Assembly (NCBI GenBank): GCA_963771355.1
Contig: CAVYTA010000006.1
Span: 2,144,001-2,208,000, forward strand
From: an uncultured Candidatus Rokubacteria bacterium
GTDB lineage: Bacteria > Methylomirabilota > Methylomirabilia > Rokubacteriales > CSP1-6
DNA: 64,000 bases
Direction of reading: 5' to 3'
Position 1 is the first letter of the stretch. The number at the start of each line of letters is the position of its first letter. The notes under the pieces are model-generated. The model saw nothing but the letters and a program-made list of their open reading frames with translations. It was not told the DNA's origin and did no database searches. A program made the translations under genes and the position numbers. Shown here piece after piece: positions 36,952 to 46,991 of this stretch.

Positions 36952-38490
36952 ATGTCTCCGGCCGCGCCTGGCATCCCGCCGTTGTCCCCCTCGCGGGAAG
37001 AGTTCCGGGCCCTCGCCGCGCACGGCAATCTGATCCCCGTCTACGCGGAGCTGGCCGCCGACCTCGACACCCCGCTCTCGGCCTATCTGCGGCTCCGGCC
37101 CGGCCCCTATGCCTTCCTGCTCGAGTCGGTGGAGGGGGGCGAGAAGTGGGCCCGCTACTCCTTCCTCGGGTCGGACCCGCTCATGGTCTTCACCGCCAAG
37201 GGCAACCGCATCACCCTCCGCCATGCCGACGGGCGCACCGAGACCCTGGCCACCCAGAATCCGCTCGAAGGGCTGCGCGGGGTGCTCTCCCGCTTCACGC
37301 CTGTCGCGGTGCCGGGACTGCCGCGCTTCCAGGGCGGGGCGGTGGGCTTCTTCTCCTACGACATCGTGCGCCACGTCGAGCGGCTGCCCCGACACGCCAA
37401 GGACGACCTCCGGCTGCCGGACGCGGTGTTCATGCTCACCGACACCCTCCTCGTCTTCGACAACCTGCGCCACCGGCTCCTCGTGATCGCCAACGCGCAC
37501 GTGGAGGGGACCGACCCCGGCTCGCTCGATCGCGCCTACGACGCGGCCGCGGTGAAGATCGGCATGCTGCTGGCCAAGCTCGCGCGTCCGGCCCGCCCGC
37601 CCGCGCCGTTGACCGTCCCCGACCCGCAGCCCCTGGTGGCGCTCGGAGAGGACGGCTTCACGTCGACCATGGACGAGGCCACCTTCATGGAGGCGGTGCG
37701 GCGGACCAAGGAATACATCGCCGCCGGCGACGCCTATCAGGTGGTCATCTCCCGGCGGCTGGACACCGAGCTCAAGGCCGATCCCTTCACGGTCTACCGC
37801 GCGTTGCGCACCATCAACCCGTCGCCCTATCTCTTCCTCCTGCGCCTGGGCAAGACGAGCATCGTCGGCTCGTCGCCCGAGGTGCTGGTGCGGCTCGAGG
37901 AGGGCCGGGTGGAGGAGCGTCCCATCGCGGGCACGCATCCGCGCGGCGCCGACGAGGCCGAAGACGCACGCCTGGCCGACAAGATGACCGCGGATCCCAA
38001 GGAGCGCGCGGAGCACGTCATGCTGGTGGACCTGGGCCGGAACGACGTGGGCCGGGTGGCGCGGATCGGCACCGTCGAGGTGACCGAGTTCATGGTGGTG
38101 GAGCGCTACTCCCACGTGATGCACCTGGTCAGCCACGTGCGGGGACAGCTCGCCGCCGGCAAGGACGCCTTCGACGTGCTTGCCGCCTGCTTCCCCGCGG
38201 GCACGCTGTCGGGAGCGCCGAAGGTGCGGGCGATGGAGATCATCGAGGAACTGGAGCCCACGCGGCGCGGCCCCTATGGCGGCGCGGTCGGCTACATCTC
38301 GTACTCCGGGAACATGGACTCCTGCATCACCATCCGCACCGTGGTGTGCGACGGCCGCCGCGCCTCGATCCAGGTGGGCGCGGGCATCGTGGCCGACTCC
38401 GACCCCAAGACGGAATGGCTGGAGACCTGCTCGAAGTCGAGGGGCATGATCCTGGCCCTCCGCACCGCGGCCCAGGAGACGGGACGATGA
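36952..38490 (+). CDS. trpE: Anthranilate synthase component I
   Basis: LLESVEGG, NPSPY, GSSPE, PIAGT, EHVMLVDLGRND, GTLSGAPK. Confidence 0.85.
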   Translation: MSPAAPGIPPLSPSREEFRALAAHGNLIPVYAELAADLDTPLSAYLRLRPGPYAFLLESVEGGEKWARYSFLGSDPLMVFTAKGNRITLRHADGRTETLATQNPLEGLRGVLSRFTPVAVPGLPRFQGGAVGFFSYDIVRHVERLPRHAKDDLRLPDAVFMLTDTLLVFDNLRHRLLVIANAHVEGTDPGSLDRAYDAAAVKIGMLLAKLARPARPPAPLTVPDPQPLVALGEDGFTSTMDEATFMEAVRRTKEYIAAGDAYQVVISRRLDTELKADPFTVYRALRTINPSPYLFLLRLGKTSIVGSSPEVLVRLEEGRVEERPIAGTHPRGADEAEDARLADKMTADPKERAEHVMLVDLGRNDVGRVARIGTVEVTEFMVVERYSHVMHLVSHVRGQLAAGKDAFDVLAACFPAGTLSGAPKVRAMEIIEELEPTRRGPYGGAVGYISYSGNMDSCITIRTVVCDGRRASIQVGAGIVADSDPKTEWLETCSKSRGMILALRTAAQETGR

Positions 38491-39068
38491 TCTTCGTCCT
38501 CGACAACTACGACTCCTTCACCTACAACCTCGTGCAGTACCTCGGCGAGCTGGGCGCCGAGGTGCGGGTGGCGCGGAATGACGCGGTCACGGTGGAAGAC
38601 GTGCTCGCGCTGGCGCCCGACGGGGTGGTCATCTCCCCGGGGCCGGGCCATCCCACCGCCGCCGGCATCACCCTCCCCCTCATCGAGCGGCTCCACTCGA
38701 CCACGCCCATCCTCGGCGTCTGCCTCGGCCATCAGGCCGTCGGCCAGGCGTTCGGCGGCACGGTGACGCGGGCGCCGGTGCAAATGCACGGCAAGACGTC
38801 GCGCATCCAGCACGACGGGCGCGGTGTCTTCGCCGGGCTCTCGGCGGGGTTCGAGGCCACCCGGTATCACTCCCTGGTGGTGCTGCGGGAGGGCTTCCCC
38901 GCCGACCTCGAGATCTCCGCCCGTGCCGAGGACGGCGAGATCATGGGGCTGCGCCATCGCCGCTACCCGGTGGAGGGCGTGCAGTTCCACCCCGAGTCCA
39001 TCCTCACCACCGAGGGTAAGGCCCTGCTCCGGAACTTCCTGGGCATGGTTCCTGTCGCCCAGCGGTGA
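38487..39068 (+). CDS. trpG: Anthranilate/aminodeoxychorismate synthase component II
   Basis: DNYDSFTYNL, SPGPG, GVCLGHQ, RYHSL, QFHPES. Confidence 0.88.
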   Translation: MIFVLDNYDSFTYNLVQYLGELGAEVRVARNDAVTVEDVLALAPDGVVISPGPGHPTAAGITLPLIERLHSTTPILGVCLGHQAVGQAFGGTVTRAPVQMHGKTSRIQHDGRGVFAGLSAGFEATRYHSLVVLREGFPADLEISARAEDGEIMGLRHRRYPVEGVQFHPESILTTEGKALLRNFLGMVPVAQR

Positions 39069-39126
39069 TGGGCGGTCCCGAGCCTCCAAGTCGCCGCGTC
39101 CCCGCTCTCGTCCGACGGGGGGCCCG

Positions 39127-40152
39127 GTGAGCGTGCGCGAGCTGGGCGAGCTGGGACTGATTCGCCGCATCCGCGAGGGTGCCCGGGGCGGGCCCGCCGC
39201 CGGGGTCCCGGTGGGCATCGGGGACGACGCCGCCGTGCTCGCGGTGACGCCGGGCGCCGCACTGCTGGCCACCACCGACCTCGTGATCGAGGACATGCAC
39301 TTCCGGCGCGCGTGGGCAACGCCGGCCGACGTCGGCTGGAAGGCGATGGCCGTGAACCTCTCGGACATCGCCGCCATGGGGGGCGTGCCGCGCTGGGCCC
39401 TCGTCGCCTTGGCCGTCCCCGCCGACACCCCCGCCGCCGACGTGGACGCTTTCTACGCGGGCCTGCGGGAGGCGGCGGCGCCTCACGAGGTGGCCATCGT
39501 GGGCGGCGACACGAGCCAGTCGCCGCGCGGCTGGCTCGTCAACGTGACCCTGCTCGGCGAGCACGCCGGGCGGCCGCGCCTGCGCTCCGCCGCGCGCGCG
39601 GGCGACGCCATCGCCGTCACCGGCACCCTGGGGCGCTCGGCGGCCGGGCTCGCCGTGCTCGAGATGGGGGCCGACGAGGCGCGGCGACATGGGGTGCCCG
39701 AGACGGTGATCGACGAGGTGACGCGGGCCCACCTCCGGCCGCGGGCCCGGGTGGTGGAGGGCCAGTGGCTCGGCGCCGCGCCCGCCGTGCACGCCATGCT
39801 CGACTGCTCGGACGGGCTCGCCACCGACCTCGGGCACATCTGCCGCGAGTCGGCGGTGGGGGCGCGCGTGACGCTGGATTTGGTCCCCATCGCTTCCGGC
39901 GCCGAGGCCGCGGCGCGGGCGCTGGGCCGCGAGCCGGTGCACTGGGCCACCGCCGGCGGCGAGGACTACGAGCTCCTGCTCACCTGTGATCCCGCCGACG
40001 TGGAGCGGCTGTCCGCCGACTTCCGGCGCAGCACCGGCACGCCCCTCACCGTGATCGGGAAGATCGAAGCCCCGGGGTCCGGCATGGTCTGGCTCGGCGC
40101 GAACGGGAATCCGGTGGCCCCGCCCGCGGGCTTCGAGCATTTCCGTGGATAA
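39127..40152 (+). CDS. thiL: Thiamine-monophosphate kinase
   Basis: GIGDDAA, NLSDIAAMG, GGDT, DCSDGL, GGEDYELL, FEHF; start approximate. Confidence 0.93.
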   Translation: MSVRELGELGLIRRIREGARGGPAAGVPVGIGDDAAVLAVTPGAALLATTDLVIEDMHFRRAWATPADVGWKAMAVNLSDIAAMGGVPRWALVALAVPADTPAADVDAFYAGLREAAAPHEVAIVGGDTSQSPRGWLVNVTLLGEHAGRPRLRSAARAGDAIAVTGTLGRSAAGLAVLEMGADEARRHGVPETVIDEVTRAHLRPRARVVEGQWLGAAPAVHAMLDCSDGLATDLGHICRESAVGARVTLDLVPIASGAEAAARALGREPVHWATAGGEDYELLLTCDPADVERLSADFRRSTGTPLTVIGKIEAPGSGMVWLGANGNPVAPPAGFEHFRG

Positions 40153-41419
40153 CTTCCTCCTCCTCCAGCTCGCCTTCCTCGCCGCGCTGGTGCTCTGCTC
40201 GGCGCTGCTCACCGGCGCCGAGGCCGCCTACTTCTCCCTGGGCCGGTCGCGGCTCAAGCACCTCGCGGAGGAGCAGGGGCAAGCCGATCCGCTGGCCCCG
40301 CTCCTCCGCGAGCCGCACGAGCTGCTGGTGACCCTCCTGGTGGGCATCACCCTCATCAATATCGGCGCCTCCGCCCTGGCCGCCGCCATCGCCGAGCGGC
40401 TGCTGGGCCCGGTGGGCCTGCCCATCGCCATCGTGGCCATGGTCTTCCTGTTGTCCGTGTTCGGCGAGGTGCTCCCGATGACCCTGGCCGTCGAGCATCC
40501 CGAGCGCTTCACCTCCTGGGTGAACCGCCCCGTGATGTGGCTCTCCCGGGTGCTCGGCCCGGTGCGCATTCTTCTCGGGGCCTTCACCGCGCTCACCCTG
40601 CGCCTGGTGGGCTCCGAGCGCCGGGGAGACGAGCCCGAGATCACCGAGGACGAGCTCCGCACCCTGGTGGACGTGGGGGCGCGCGAGGGGGTGGTGGAGC
40701 GGACCGAGCGCGAGATGATTCACCGGGTGTTCGAGCTGGAGGACACCTCCGTGCGCGAGGTGATGGTGCCGCGTCCCGACATGTTCTGCCTGGACGTCGC
40801 GACCCCGCGCACGCAGATCCTCGACCTCCTCCGCGAGAACCTGCACTCGCGGGTGCCGGTATACGAGGGCACCGTGGACCAGATCGTGGGCGTGCTCTAC
40901 ACCAAGGAGCTCCTGCCCCACCTCCACGGGCTGCCCCCCGATTTCGACCTCCGCGGCCACCTCCACCCGCCCTATTTCGTCCCCGAGTCCAAGCGGGCGG
41001 ACGCGCTCCTGCGCGAGTTCCAGGCCAAGAAGCTCCACCTGGCGGTGGTGGTCGACGAGTTCGGGGGCACCGCCGGGCTGGTGACGCTGGAGGACCTGCT
41101 CGAGGAGCTGGTGGGCGAGATCCGCGACGAGTTCGACGAGGAGGAGCGCCTGGTCCAGCCCCTCGGCGAGGGCACGTTCCGCGTCTCCGGCAAGCTCAGC
41201 ATCGACGGCCTCAACGTGGTCACCGGCCTCTCCGTCTCCAGCGAGTCCTACGACACGGTGGGCGGTTGGGCGCTCGACCTCTTCGGCCGCGTTCCCAGCA
41301 AGGGTGAGCGGGTGGAGACACCGGACGCCATCGTGACGGTGGAGAAGGTCGAGCGGACGCGCGTGGTGGAAGTGGTGGTCACCCTCAAGAGCCCGCCGGC
41401 GCGGTCGGAGGCCGAGTGA
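40145..41419 (+). CDS. CNNM/CBS/CorC (hemolysin-family) protein
   Basis: FGEVLP, VREVMVPR, HSRVPVY, VVDEFGGTAG. Confidence 0.9.
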   Translation: MDNFLLLQLAFLAALVLCSALLTGAEAAYFSLGRSRLKHLAEEQGQADPLAPLLREPHELLVTLLVGITLINIGASALAAAIAERLLGPVGLPIAIVAMVFLLSVFGEVLPMTLAVEHPERFTSWVNRPVMWLSRVLGPVRILLGAFTALTLRLVGSERRGDEPEITEDELRTLVDVGAREGVVERTEREMIHRVFELEDTSVREVMVPRPDMFCLDVATPRTQILDLLRENLHSRVPVYEGTVDQIVGVLYTKELLPHLHGLPPDFDLRGHLHPPYFVPESKRADALLREFQAKKLHLAVVVDEFGGTAGLVTLEDLLEELVGEIRDEFDEEERLVQPLGEGTFRVSGKLSIDGLNVVTGLSVSSESYDTVGGWALDLFGRVPSKGERVETPDAIVTVEKVERTRVVEVVVTLKSPPARSEAE

Positions 41420-42654
41420 TCTACGTCTGGATCATCCTCCTCTCGCTGGCCCTCACCGCGCTCTTCTCCGCGTCGGAGATGGCCTTCATCGCCGCCAACC
41501 GCGTCCGACTCCGCCACCTCGCCGAGGAGGGCAGTCAGACCGCCGCCCGCTATCTGGAAGCCTTCCGCCGGCCGGAACGGGTGCTCGCCACCTGCATGAT
41601 GGGCGTCACCATCGCCCACATCACCGCCTCCTCGGTGTCCACCTGGGCGCTCCTGCCCGTGCTCGGCTCCTGGTCGGCGGTGGCGGTCACCGCGGCGCTC
41701 ACCCCCATCATGCTCGTCTTCGGCGAGGTGATGCCCAAGGCGGTGGCGCGGGAGTGGGCCACCCCGCTCATCCGCTCCCTTTTCCGGGTCATCGAGCTGT
41801 CGAGCTGGGTGCTGGCGCCCTTGACCTGGGGGGCGAACGCGGTGGTGGGCAAGGCCCTCGCCCTCTTCGGCCGCACCCCCTCGAGCACCCGGCAGTTCGT
41901 GTCCCGCGAGGAGCTGAAGCTGCTCCTCCAGATGGAGCCGGAGGAGGCCGACGTGACGGTGTCCGAGGCCGAGATGATCGACAAGATCTTCGACCTGGGC
42001 CAGAAGACGGTGCGCGAGATCATGGTGCCCCTGGTCGACGTGACCGCCCTGCCCGCTACCGCCCACCCGGAGGACGCGGTACGCCTGATCTCCGAGCGCG
42101 GCTTCTCGCGCATCCCGCTCTTCACCGACCGCGTGTTCAATCTGATCGGCTTCGTCACCGCCATGGACCTGCTCCGGCGAGGGGCCCAGGTGTCCGATCT
42201 CCGCTCCATCATGCGGCCGGCCACCTACGCCCCCGAGACCAAGCGGATCGACGATCTCCTCCGCGAGATGCAGAAGGGCCGCATCCAGCTCGCGGTGGTG
42301 GTGGACGAGTACGGCGGCGCGGTGGGCATCGTCACCATCGAGGACATCCTCGAGCAGATCGTGGGCGAGATCGAGGACGAGCACGACCGCACCCCGGCCA
42401 CCGTCGATCGGCTGCCTGACGGCAGCTACCGCGTGGCGGGGCGGGTGAGCATCGACGAGCTCAACGAGTCGCTCGACTGGGAGCTGCCCAAGGGCGACTT
42501 CGAGACGGTGGCGGGGCTCGTGCTCGCCACCGTCAACCGCATCCCCTCGGTGGGGGAAGTGTTCCAGGTCGGGCGCTACACTTTCACCGTGCTGGAGGCC
42601 GACGAGCGCCGCATCCTGAGGGTCCGCATCAGCCCGCCGGCGCCGGCGGCGTAG
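41416..42654 (+). CDS. CNNM/CBS/CorC (hemolysin-family) protein, second paralogue
   Basis: [26 protein letters not shown]. Confidence 0.9.
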   Translation: MIYVWIILLSLALTALFSASEMAFIAANRVRLRHLAEEGSQTAARYLEAFRRPERVLATCMMGVTIAHITASSVSTWALLPVLGSWSAVAVTAALTPIMLVFGEVMPKAVAREWATPLIRSLFRVIELSSWVLAPLTWGANAVVGKALALFGRTPSSTRQFVSREELKLLLQMEPEEADVTVSEAEMIDKIFDLGQKTVREIMVPLVDVTALPATAHPEDAVRLISERGFSRIPLFTDRVFNLIGFVTAMDLLRRGAQVSDLRSIMRPATYAPETKRIDDLLREMQKGRIQLAVVVDEYGGAVGIVTIEDILEQIVGEIEDEHDRTPATVDRLPDGSYRVAGRVSIDELNESLDWELPKGDFETVAGLVLATVNRIPSVGEVFQVGRYTFTVLEADERRILRVRISPPAPAA

Positions 42655-42689
42655 TCAACCGCAGTCAACCGGAAGGAAGGAGCACCGCG

Positions 42690-43364
42690 ATGGCCGGACG
42701 GATGGTGGAGTTTCCGAGCAACGGCGGCAAGGCAACCGGATATCTGGCGACCCCGGCGGCGGGCAAGGGCCCGGGCGTGCTCGTGATCCAGGAGTGGTGG
42801 GGCCTGGTGGATCACATCAAGAAGGTCTGCGACCGCTTCGCGGCCGCCGGCTACTCCGCCCTGGCCCCCGACATGTACCACGGCCAGACGGCGACCGAGC
42901 CCGACGGCGCCGGCAAGCTCTTCATGGCGCTCAACATCGCGCAGGCCGAGAAGGACCTGGCCGGCGCGGCCAAGTTCCTGGCCGGCCACTCCTCGACCGC
43001 GAAGCTGGGGGCGGTGGGCTTCTGCATGGGCGGCCAGCTCGCGCTCTTCGCGGGCACCACCAATCCCAGCATCGGGGCAGTGGTGGACTTCTATGGCATC
43101 CATCCCAACGTGAAGCCGGACTATGCCAAGCTGACCGGTCCCGTGCTGGGGCTCTTCGCGGAGAAGGACGCCTTCGTCACGCCGCAGACCGCGCGGGACG
43201 TGGAGGCGGCCATCAAGAAGGCGGGAAAGCCGGTGGCCATCCACGTCTACCCGAACGTGGACCACGCCTTCTTCAACGACGAGCGGCCCGACGCGTACGA
43301 CAAGGCGGCGGCGGAGGATGCCTGGAAGCGGACCCTGAGCCACTTCGCGGCCAATCTCAAGTAG
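42690..43364 (+). CDS. Dienelactone hydrolase family protein
   Basis: QEWWGL, GFCMGG, EKD, HAFFND. Confidence 0.92.
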   Translation: MAGRMVEFPSNGGKATGYLATPAAGKGPGVLVIQEWWGLVDHIKKVCDRFAAAGYSALAPDMYHGQTATEPDGAGKLFMALNIAQAEKDLAGAAKFLAGHSSTAKLGAVGFCMGGQLALFAGTTNPSIGAVVDFYGIHPNVKPDYAKLTGPVLGLFAEKDAFVTPQTARDVEAAIKKAGKPVAIHVYPNVDHAFFNDERPDAYDKAAAEDAWKRTLSHFAANLK

Positions 43365-43417
43365 CCGGAGCCCGCGGCGCCCGGGCCGACGTCACCGGCC
43401 CCGGGCACCGCGTCGCT

Positions 43418-44239
43418 CTACTTCTTCACCTCGACCGACCCCTTCATGTTCGGGTGCAGCGCGCAGTTGTAGCTGAAGACGCCTTCGGCGGGGAAGGTCA
43501 GCGTGGCCCGCTGGCCCTTGAGCAGAAATCCGGTCTTGAGCGGCGTGCCCTGCACGGTGATCTGGTGCGGCGACTCGTCGGTGTTGATCCAGGTGATCGC
43601 CTTGCCCGGGGCGACCGTGAGCCCGCCGGGCGCGAACACGAAGCCCGCGATGTTGACGGTGGTGGCGCCGGGGACCATGGGCATCGCGCTTGCCACCTGG
43701 GTCTGACCGGCCAGGGCGGGATAGGAGATCACGAAGTCCATCGCGTCGTGGGGCTTGTGGCACTGGAAGCACGCTTTGTAGTTGGCTTTGTCGTTGAGCT
43801 TCCCGTCGGCGCCGAACGCCGCGTACTCCCACTCGCCGTTCCGGATCTCGTCGGGGTATTCCGCTCCCCAGCCCTGGCGTTTCTCCATCACCGTATAGGC
43901 GATCAGATCACCCTTGAGGAAGCGTCCCTTCCCGTCCTTGAGGGGATTGCCCTGCGCGTCCACCTGGGCCTTGTACTGGACCAGGGTGAGCACGGTGCCG
44001 GCCGGCAGGGGCTTGCCCTCCTTGGCCGCCTGGACCGCCGCGGCCGGGCTCGCGTAGAGCTCCCGGTACTGCTTGACGTCGTACCGATCGGCGATGGTGT
44101 AGAGCACCCCGTCCTTGTAGCCCGCCGGGAACGACACCTTGTCGGCCCCGGCATCGCTCCGCGGAGCTCCCAGGACCAAGGCCCCCGCGGCCGCTGCCGA
44201 GAGGGTGAGACCACCGAGCAGCCTGAACGGACGTTTCAT
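43418..44239 (-). CDS. Exported cytochrome P460/c'-beta family domain fused to an amicyanin-like cupredoxin
   Basis: ATG at 44239 after AAGGAGG; signal peptide; VMEK, GEWEYAAF, CFQCH, DFVIS; then SPHQI and CALHPNM. Confidence 0.85.
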   Translation of the reverse strand: MKRPFRLLGGLTLSAAAAGALVLGAPRSDAGADKVSFPAGYKDGVLYTIADRYDVKQYRELYASPAAAVQAAKEGKPLPAGTVLTLVQYKAQVDAQGNPLKDGKGRFLKGDLIAYTVMEKRQGWGAEYPDEIRNGEWEYAAFGADGKLNDKANYKACFQCHKPHDAMDFVISYPALAGQTQVASAMPMVPGATTVNIAGFVFAPGGLTVAPGKAITWINTDESPHQITVQGTPLKTGFLLKGQRATLTFPAEGVFSYNCALHPNMKGSVEVKK

Positions 44240-44368
44240 GGGCGCCTCCTTGCAAGGGACGATGGTATAGCCCGCCGGGACCAGAACCCGCCCCGGTCCG
44301 CCCGGGTTCCCGGCCGGTACGCATCCCTCGTGGCCGGGACCGGTTTCTGCTAGGGTAACAGCCGGTCG

Positions 44369-45259
44369 ATGAGCGCCATCTCGGAATCCAGCGTCGGAGC
44401 CGCGTGCGCGCTCCTCTCGGCCGGTACCTGGGCGGTGATCAGCCTGCTCGTCCGGCGGCTCGCCGGCAGCTTCAACTCGCCCACCATCAATGCCATCCGC
44501 GCCACCGCGGGGGGCGTGCTGCTGCTGGCGTGGGTGCTCGCCACCGCGGGCACCGCCCCCTTTCGCGCGATCACCTGGGGCGACTTCTTCCTCCTGACCT
44601 CGTCCGTCATCCTCGCCGGCTCCATCGGCGACACCCTGTTCTTCGAGAGCTCGCGCTTTCTCGGGCTGGCGCGGGCGATGACGGCCTCGATGACCTATCC
44701 GCTCCTGGCCGCCCTGCTGGCGGCGCCGCTGCTCGGGGAGCCCGTCACGCCGAGCCTCCTGCTGGGATCGGTGCTCACGCTGGGGGGCCTCGCTGTCATC
44801 ATCGGCAATCGTCAGCCTGATCCCGGCGCGCCGAACCGGCTCTGGCTCGGGCTGGGCACCGCCACGCTCGCCTCGGTGGCGTGGGCGGTATCGGCCATCA
44901 TGCTCAAGCCCGCGCTGCACGCCATCGATTCCTCCACCGCGCAAGCGATCCGGCTGCCGGTGGCCGGCCTGGTGCTCCTCGCCACCCCCTGGACGTGGGG
45001 CGCGCTCGGCGCGGCGCGCGCCGCGGCGCCCGACACCGGGAAGCTGCTGGCGCTGCTCGCCGCCCTCACCGCGGTGAGCTCGGTGCTGTTCGTGATGGGG
45101 GTGAAGCACGCCGGCGTCGGCGTCGCCACCGTGCTGTCGGCGACGGCGCCCATGTTCGCCATCCCGCTGGGCGCGTTCTACCTGGGGGAGCGAATGACGG
45201 TGACCGCCGCGCTGGGCACCCTGCTCACCGTGGCGGGCATCGCCGTCCTCAACCTCTGA
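44369..45259 (+). CDS. EamA/DMT family transporter
   Basis: About 10 TM helices in two repeats; LLGEPVT and YLGERMT. Confidence 0.88.
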   Translation: MSAISESSVGAACALLSAGTWAVISLLVRRLAGSFNSPTINAIRATAGGVLLLAWVLATAGTAPFRAITWGDFFLLTSSVILAGSIGDTLFFESSRFLGLARAMTASMTYPLLAALLAAPLLGEPVTPSLLLGSVLTLGGLAVIIGNRQPDPGAPNRLWLGLGTATLASVAWAVSAIMLKPALHAIDSSTAQAIRLPVAGLVLLATPWTWGALGAARAAAPDTGKLLALLAALTAVSSVLFVMGVKHAGVGVATVLSATAPMFAIPLGAFYLGERMTVTAALGTLLTVAGIAVLNL

Positions 45260-45272
45260 GGGCGGGGATGTG

Positions 45273-46991
45273 TCAGCGGCCTCCGCGCGGCGGGCCGGCC
45301 AGCCGCTCGGTGACGTCGATGCGCTGGTAGACCACGGGATGCGCGGCGCGGTGCGCCGCGGGCGTCTCCGCCACGTGGAGGGTGTCCAGCCAGAGGTGCC
45401 CATCGGGCTGGCGATGGATGCGCGGCGCCGCGGAGGGGAACCAGCTGCCGAGGACGTCGGCCGGCCGCTTCGCCCGGCGCGCCATCTGCGAGACGGGAAT
45501 GGGCGGGCCGTCGACGACGCCGTCGCGGACAACGACCGCGTCCGAGTCGAAGATCTCGCGCAGCTGACCTTGCAGCTCGAAGAACACCAGCGCCACCACG
45601 CCGGTCCCGTCCGGCGCCAGCCCCAGCGAGGGCGCGAAGGAAAAGAGCGTGCCGCCCCCCGGGTCGATCGGATGCAGGGACTTCGCGGTGTCCCACGGCC
45701 CCCATGTCCCCGGGCCGGTGGCGGGTCGGCGCACGTAGAACGCCTCGTCGCGACCGTAGATGCCCGTGCTCACGGTGCCGTGGAACGCCACGTGGAGATT
45801 GTCCTTCGCGTCCACTGCGATATCGGCCCAGTCGGCGAGGGTGTCCCGCTGCGCGCCCTGGTCGGCCCAGGCCGGCGAGGCGGCCAGCGCGTTCTGAACA
45901 TCCACCCAGCCACCCCGGGGACGCCGGCGCGCATAGGTGAGCTCCCAGTAGCCGCCATTGGGACGGTCGCTCGACCGCCCGGCGCTGCGGACCAGCACGG
46001 TATAGATGGCGTGGGCATTGCCCTCGCGATCCACCGCGAGCGCGGGGTTCTTGAGACGCACCTTCGCCGGCACCGGCAGTCGGTCCAGCGACCAGCCCGC
46101 GCCGCCATTGGTCGAGACCGCGTACTGCCCGGTAGGCGTCACCACGTGGATCTCGTCGTCTCCGCGCACGCCGAGGTCGGGGCCGGTGTCCTGCGCACCG
46201 CCGGGGGCTCCCGTGTCCCGCACCCGCTCGAAGCTCCAGGCGCCGGCGCGGAGGACGAGGCGGCGGTACAGCGTGGTGCGCCCTCCGTACCAGGCCACGT
46301 GCACCGCGCCCGGGCTGGCCTCGATGGCCAGGAACGAGTTGGCCGAGGCGCCGCCCGGCTCGCTGACGGGCGTCACCTCGGTCTCGAAGGCGAGGCGCCC
46401 CGTGGCGTCGTCCTGGGCGGCGCGGCGATAGACGACGCGGGCCTCGCGTCGCCCGTCCCGAAACACCCGGGTGTCCAGCCACGCCATGTGGATCTTGCCC
46501 GCGGCGTCCCGGACGATCTTGGCCGAGTGGTTCGGCGCGAGCGCATTGGCCTTGCGCGTGGCCCCCACCGGGGTGGTCCCGTGGGGGAAGACGTAGACCC
46601 AGGCCTGACGCCTGACGCGCACCGCGCTCTGGTTCGGCGCGCCCTCCCAGGCGGTCCAGATCACCGATGTGGGCCCGATGGGGATGGGCGCCGACTGGTC
46701 ATGCGTCACGCGAAGGCCGCCCGCCTCGGCCGAGTCGAGCAGCTCGCGGAGCGGAGACTCGGTCGGCGCGAGCTCGCTCAGGCCGGGCGCGGGCATCTCC
46801 ACCGCGAGGAGCTCGGGGAGGGTGATCTCGGCGCCCGCGGCGGGCGCGGCGGCGCGGTCGGGCGGCCTGGCTCCCGCCGGCGCCGACGGAGCCGACTCGC
46901 AGCCTGCCGCGAGCGCCGCCGCGGCGAGGAGCGCGAGGCCCCCGCGGAGACGCCCTAGCCGATGAAGAGGCCGCCGTTCGGCGACAGCCAT
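45273..46991 (-). CDS. Putative lipoprotein with BNR/sialidase-like beta-propeller
   Basis: LAAGC lipobox; STNGGAGW Asp-box; repeated AVD-x-x-x-N-x-H blades; start uncertain (37-nt overlap with SDR). Confidence 0.6.
   Translation of the reverse strand: MAVAERRPLHRLGRLRGGLALLAAAALAAGCESAPSAPAGARPPDRAAAPAAGAEITLPELLAVEMPAPGLSELAPTESPLRELLDSAEAGGLRVTHDQSAPIPIGPTSVIWTAWEGAPNQSAVRVRRQAWVYVFPHGTTPVGATRKANALAPNHSAKIVRDAAGKIHMAWLDTRVFRDGRREARVVYRRAAQDDATGRLAFETEVTPVSEPGGASANSFLAIEASPGAVHVAWYGGRTTLYRRLVLRAGAWSFERVRDTGAPGGAQDTGPDLGVRGDDEIHVVTPTGQYAVSTNGGAGWSLDRLPVPAKVRLKNPALAVDREGNAHAIYTVLVRSAGRSSDRPNGGYWELTYARRRPRGGWVDVQNALAASPAWADQGAQRDTLADWADIAVDAKDNLHVAFHGTVSTGIYGRDEAFYVRRPATGPGTWGPWDTAKSLHPIDPGGGTLFSFAPSLGLAPDGTGVVALVFFELQGQLREIFDSDAVVVRDGVVDGPPIPVSQMARRAKRPADVLGSWFPSAAPRIHRQPDGHLWLDTLHVAETPAAHRAAHPVVYQRIDVTERLAGPPRGGR

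Noticed and set aside
36952..39068. trpE/trpG read as pabB/pabA, or a split trp operon as a novelty
   Set aside because: LLES and NPSPY motifs fit TrpE better, and dispersed trp genes are common
40145..42654. Tandem 'hemolysins' as toxins
   Set aside because: CNNM-CBS-CorC proteins are Mg/Co homeostasis proteins and tandem pairs are common
43418..44239. Cytochrome P460 as a marker of hydroxylamine or ammonia oxidation
   Set aside because: The crosslinking Lys appears absent and no amo/hao genes are in the window
43418..45532. 704-aa ORF as one large protein
   Set aside because: The upstream part is antisense to the EamA gene; the likely start is ATG 44239, which has a strong Shine-Dalgarno and a signal peptide
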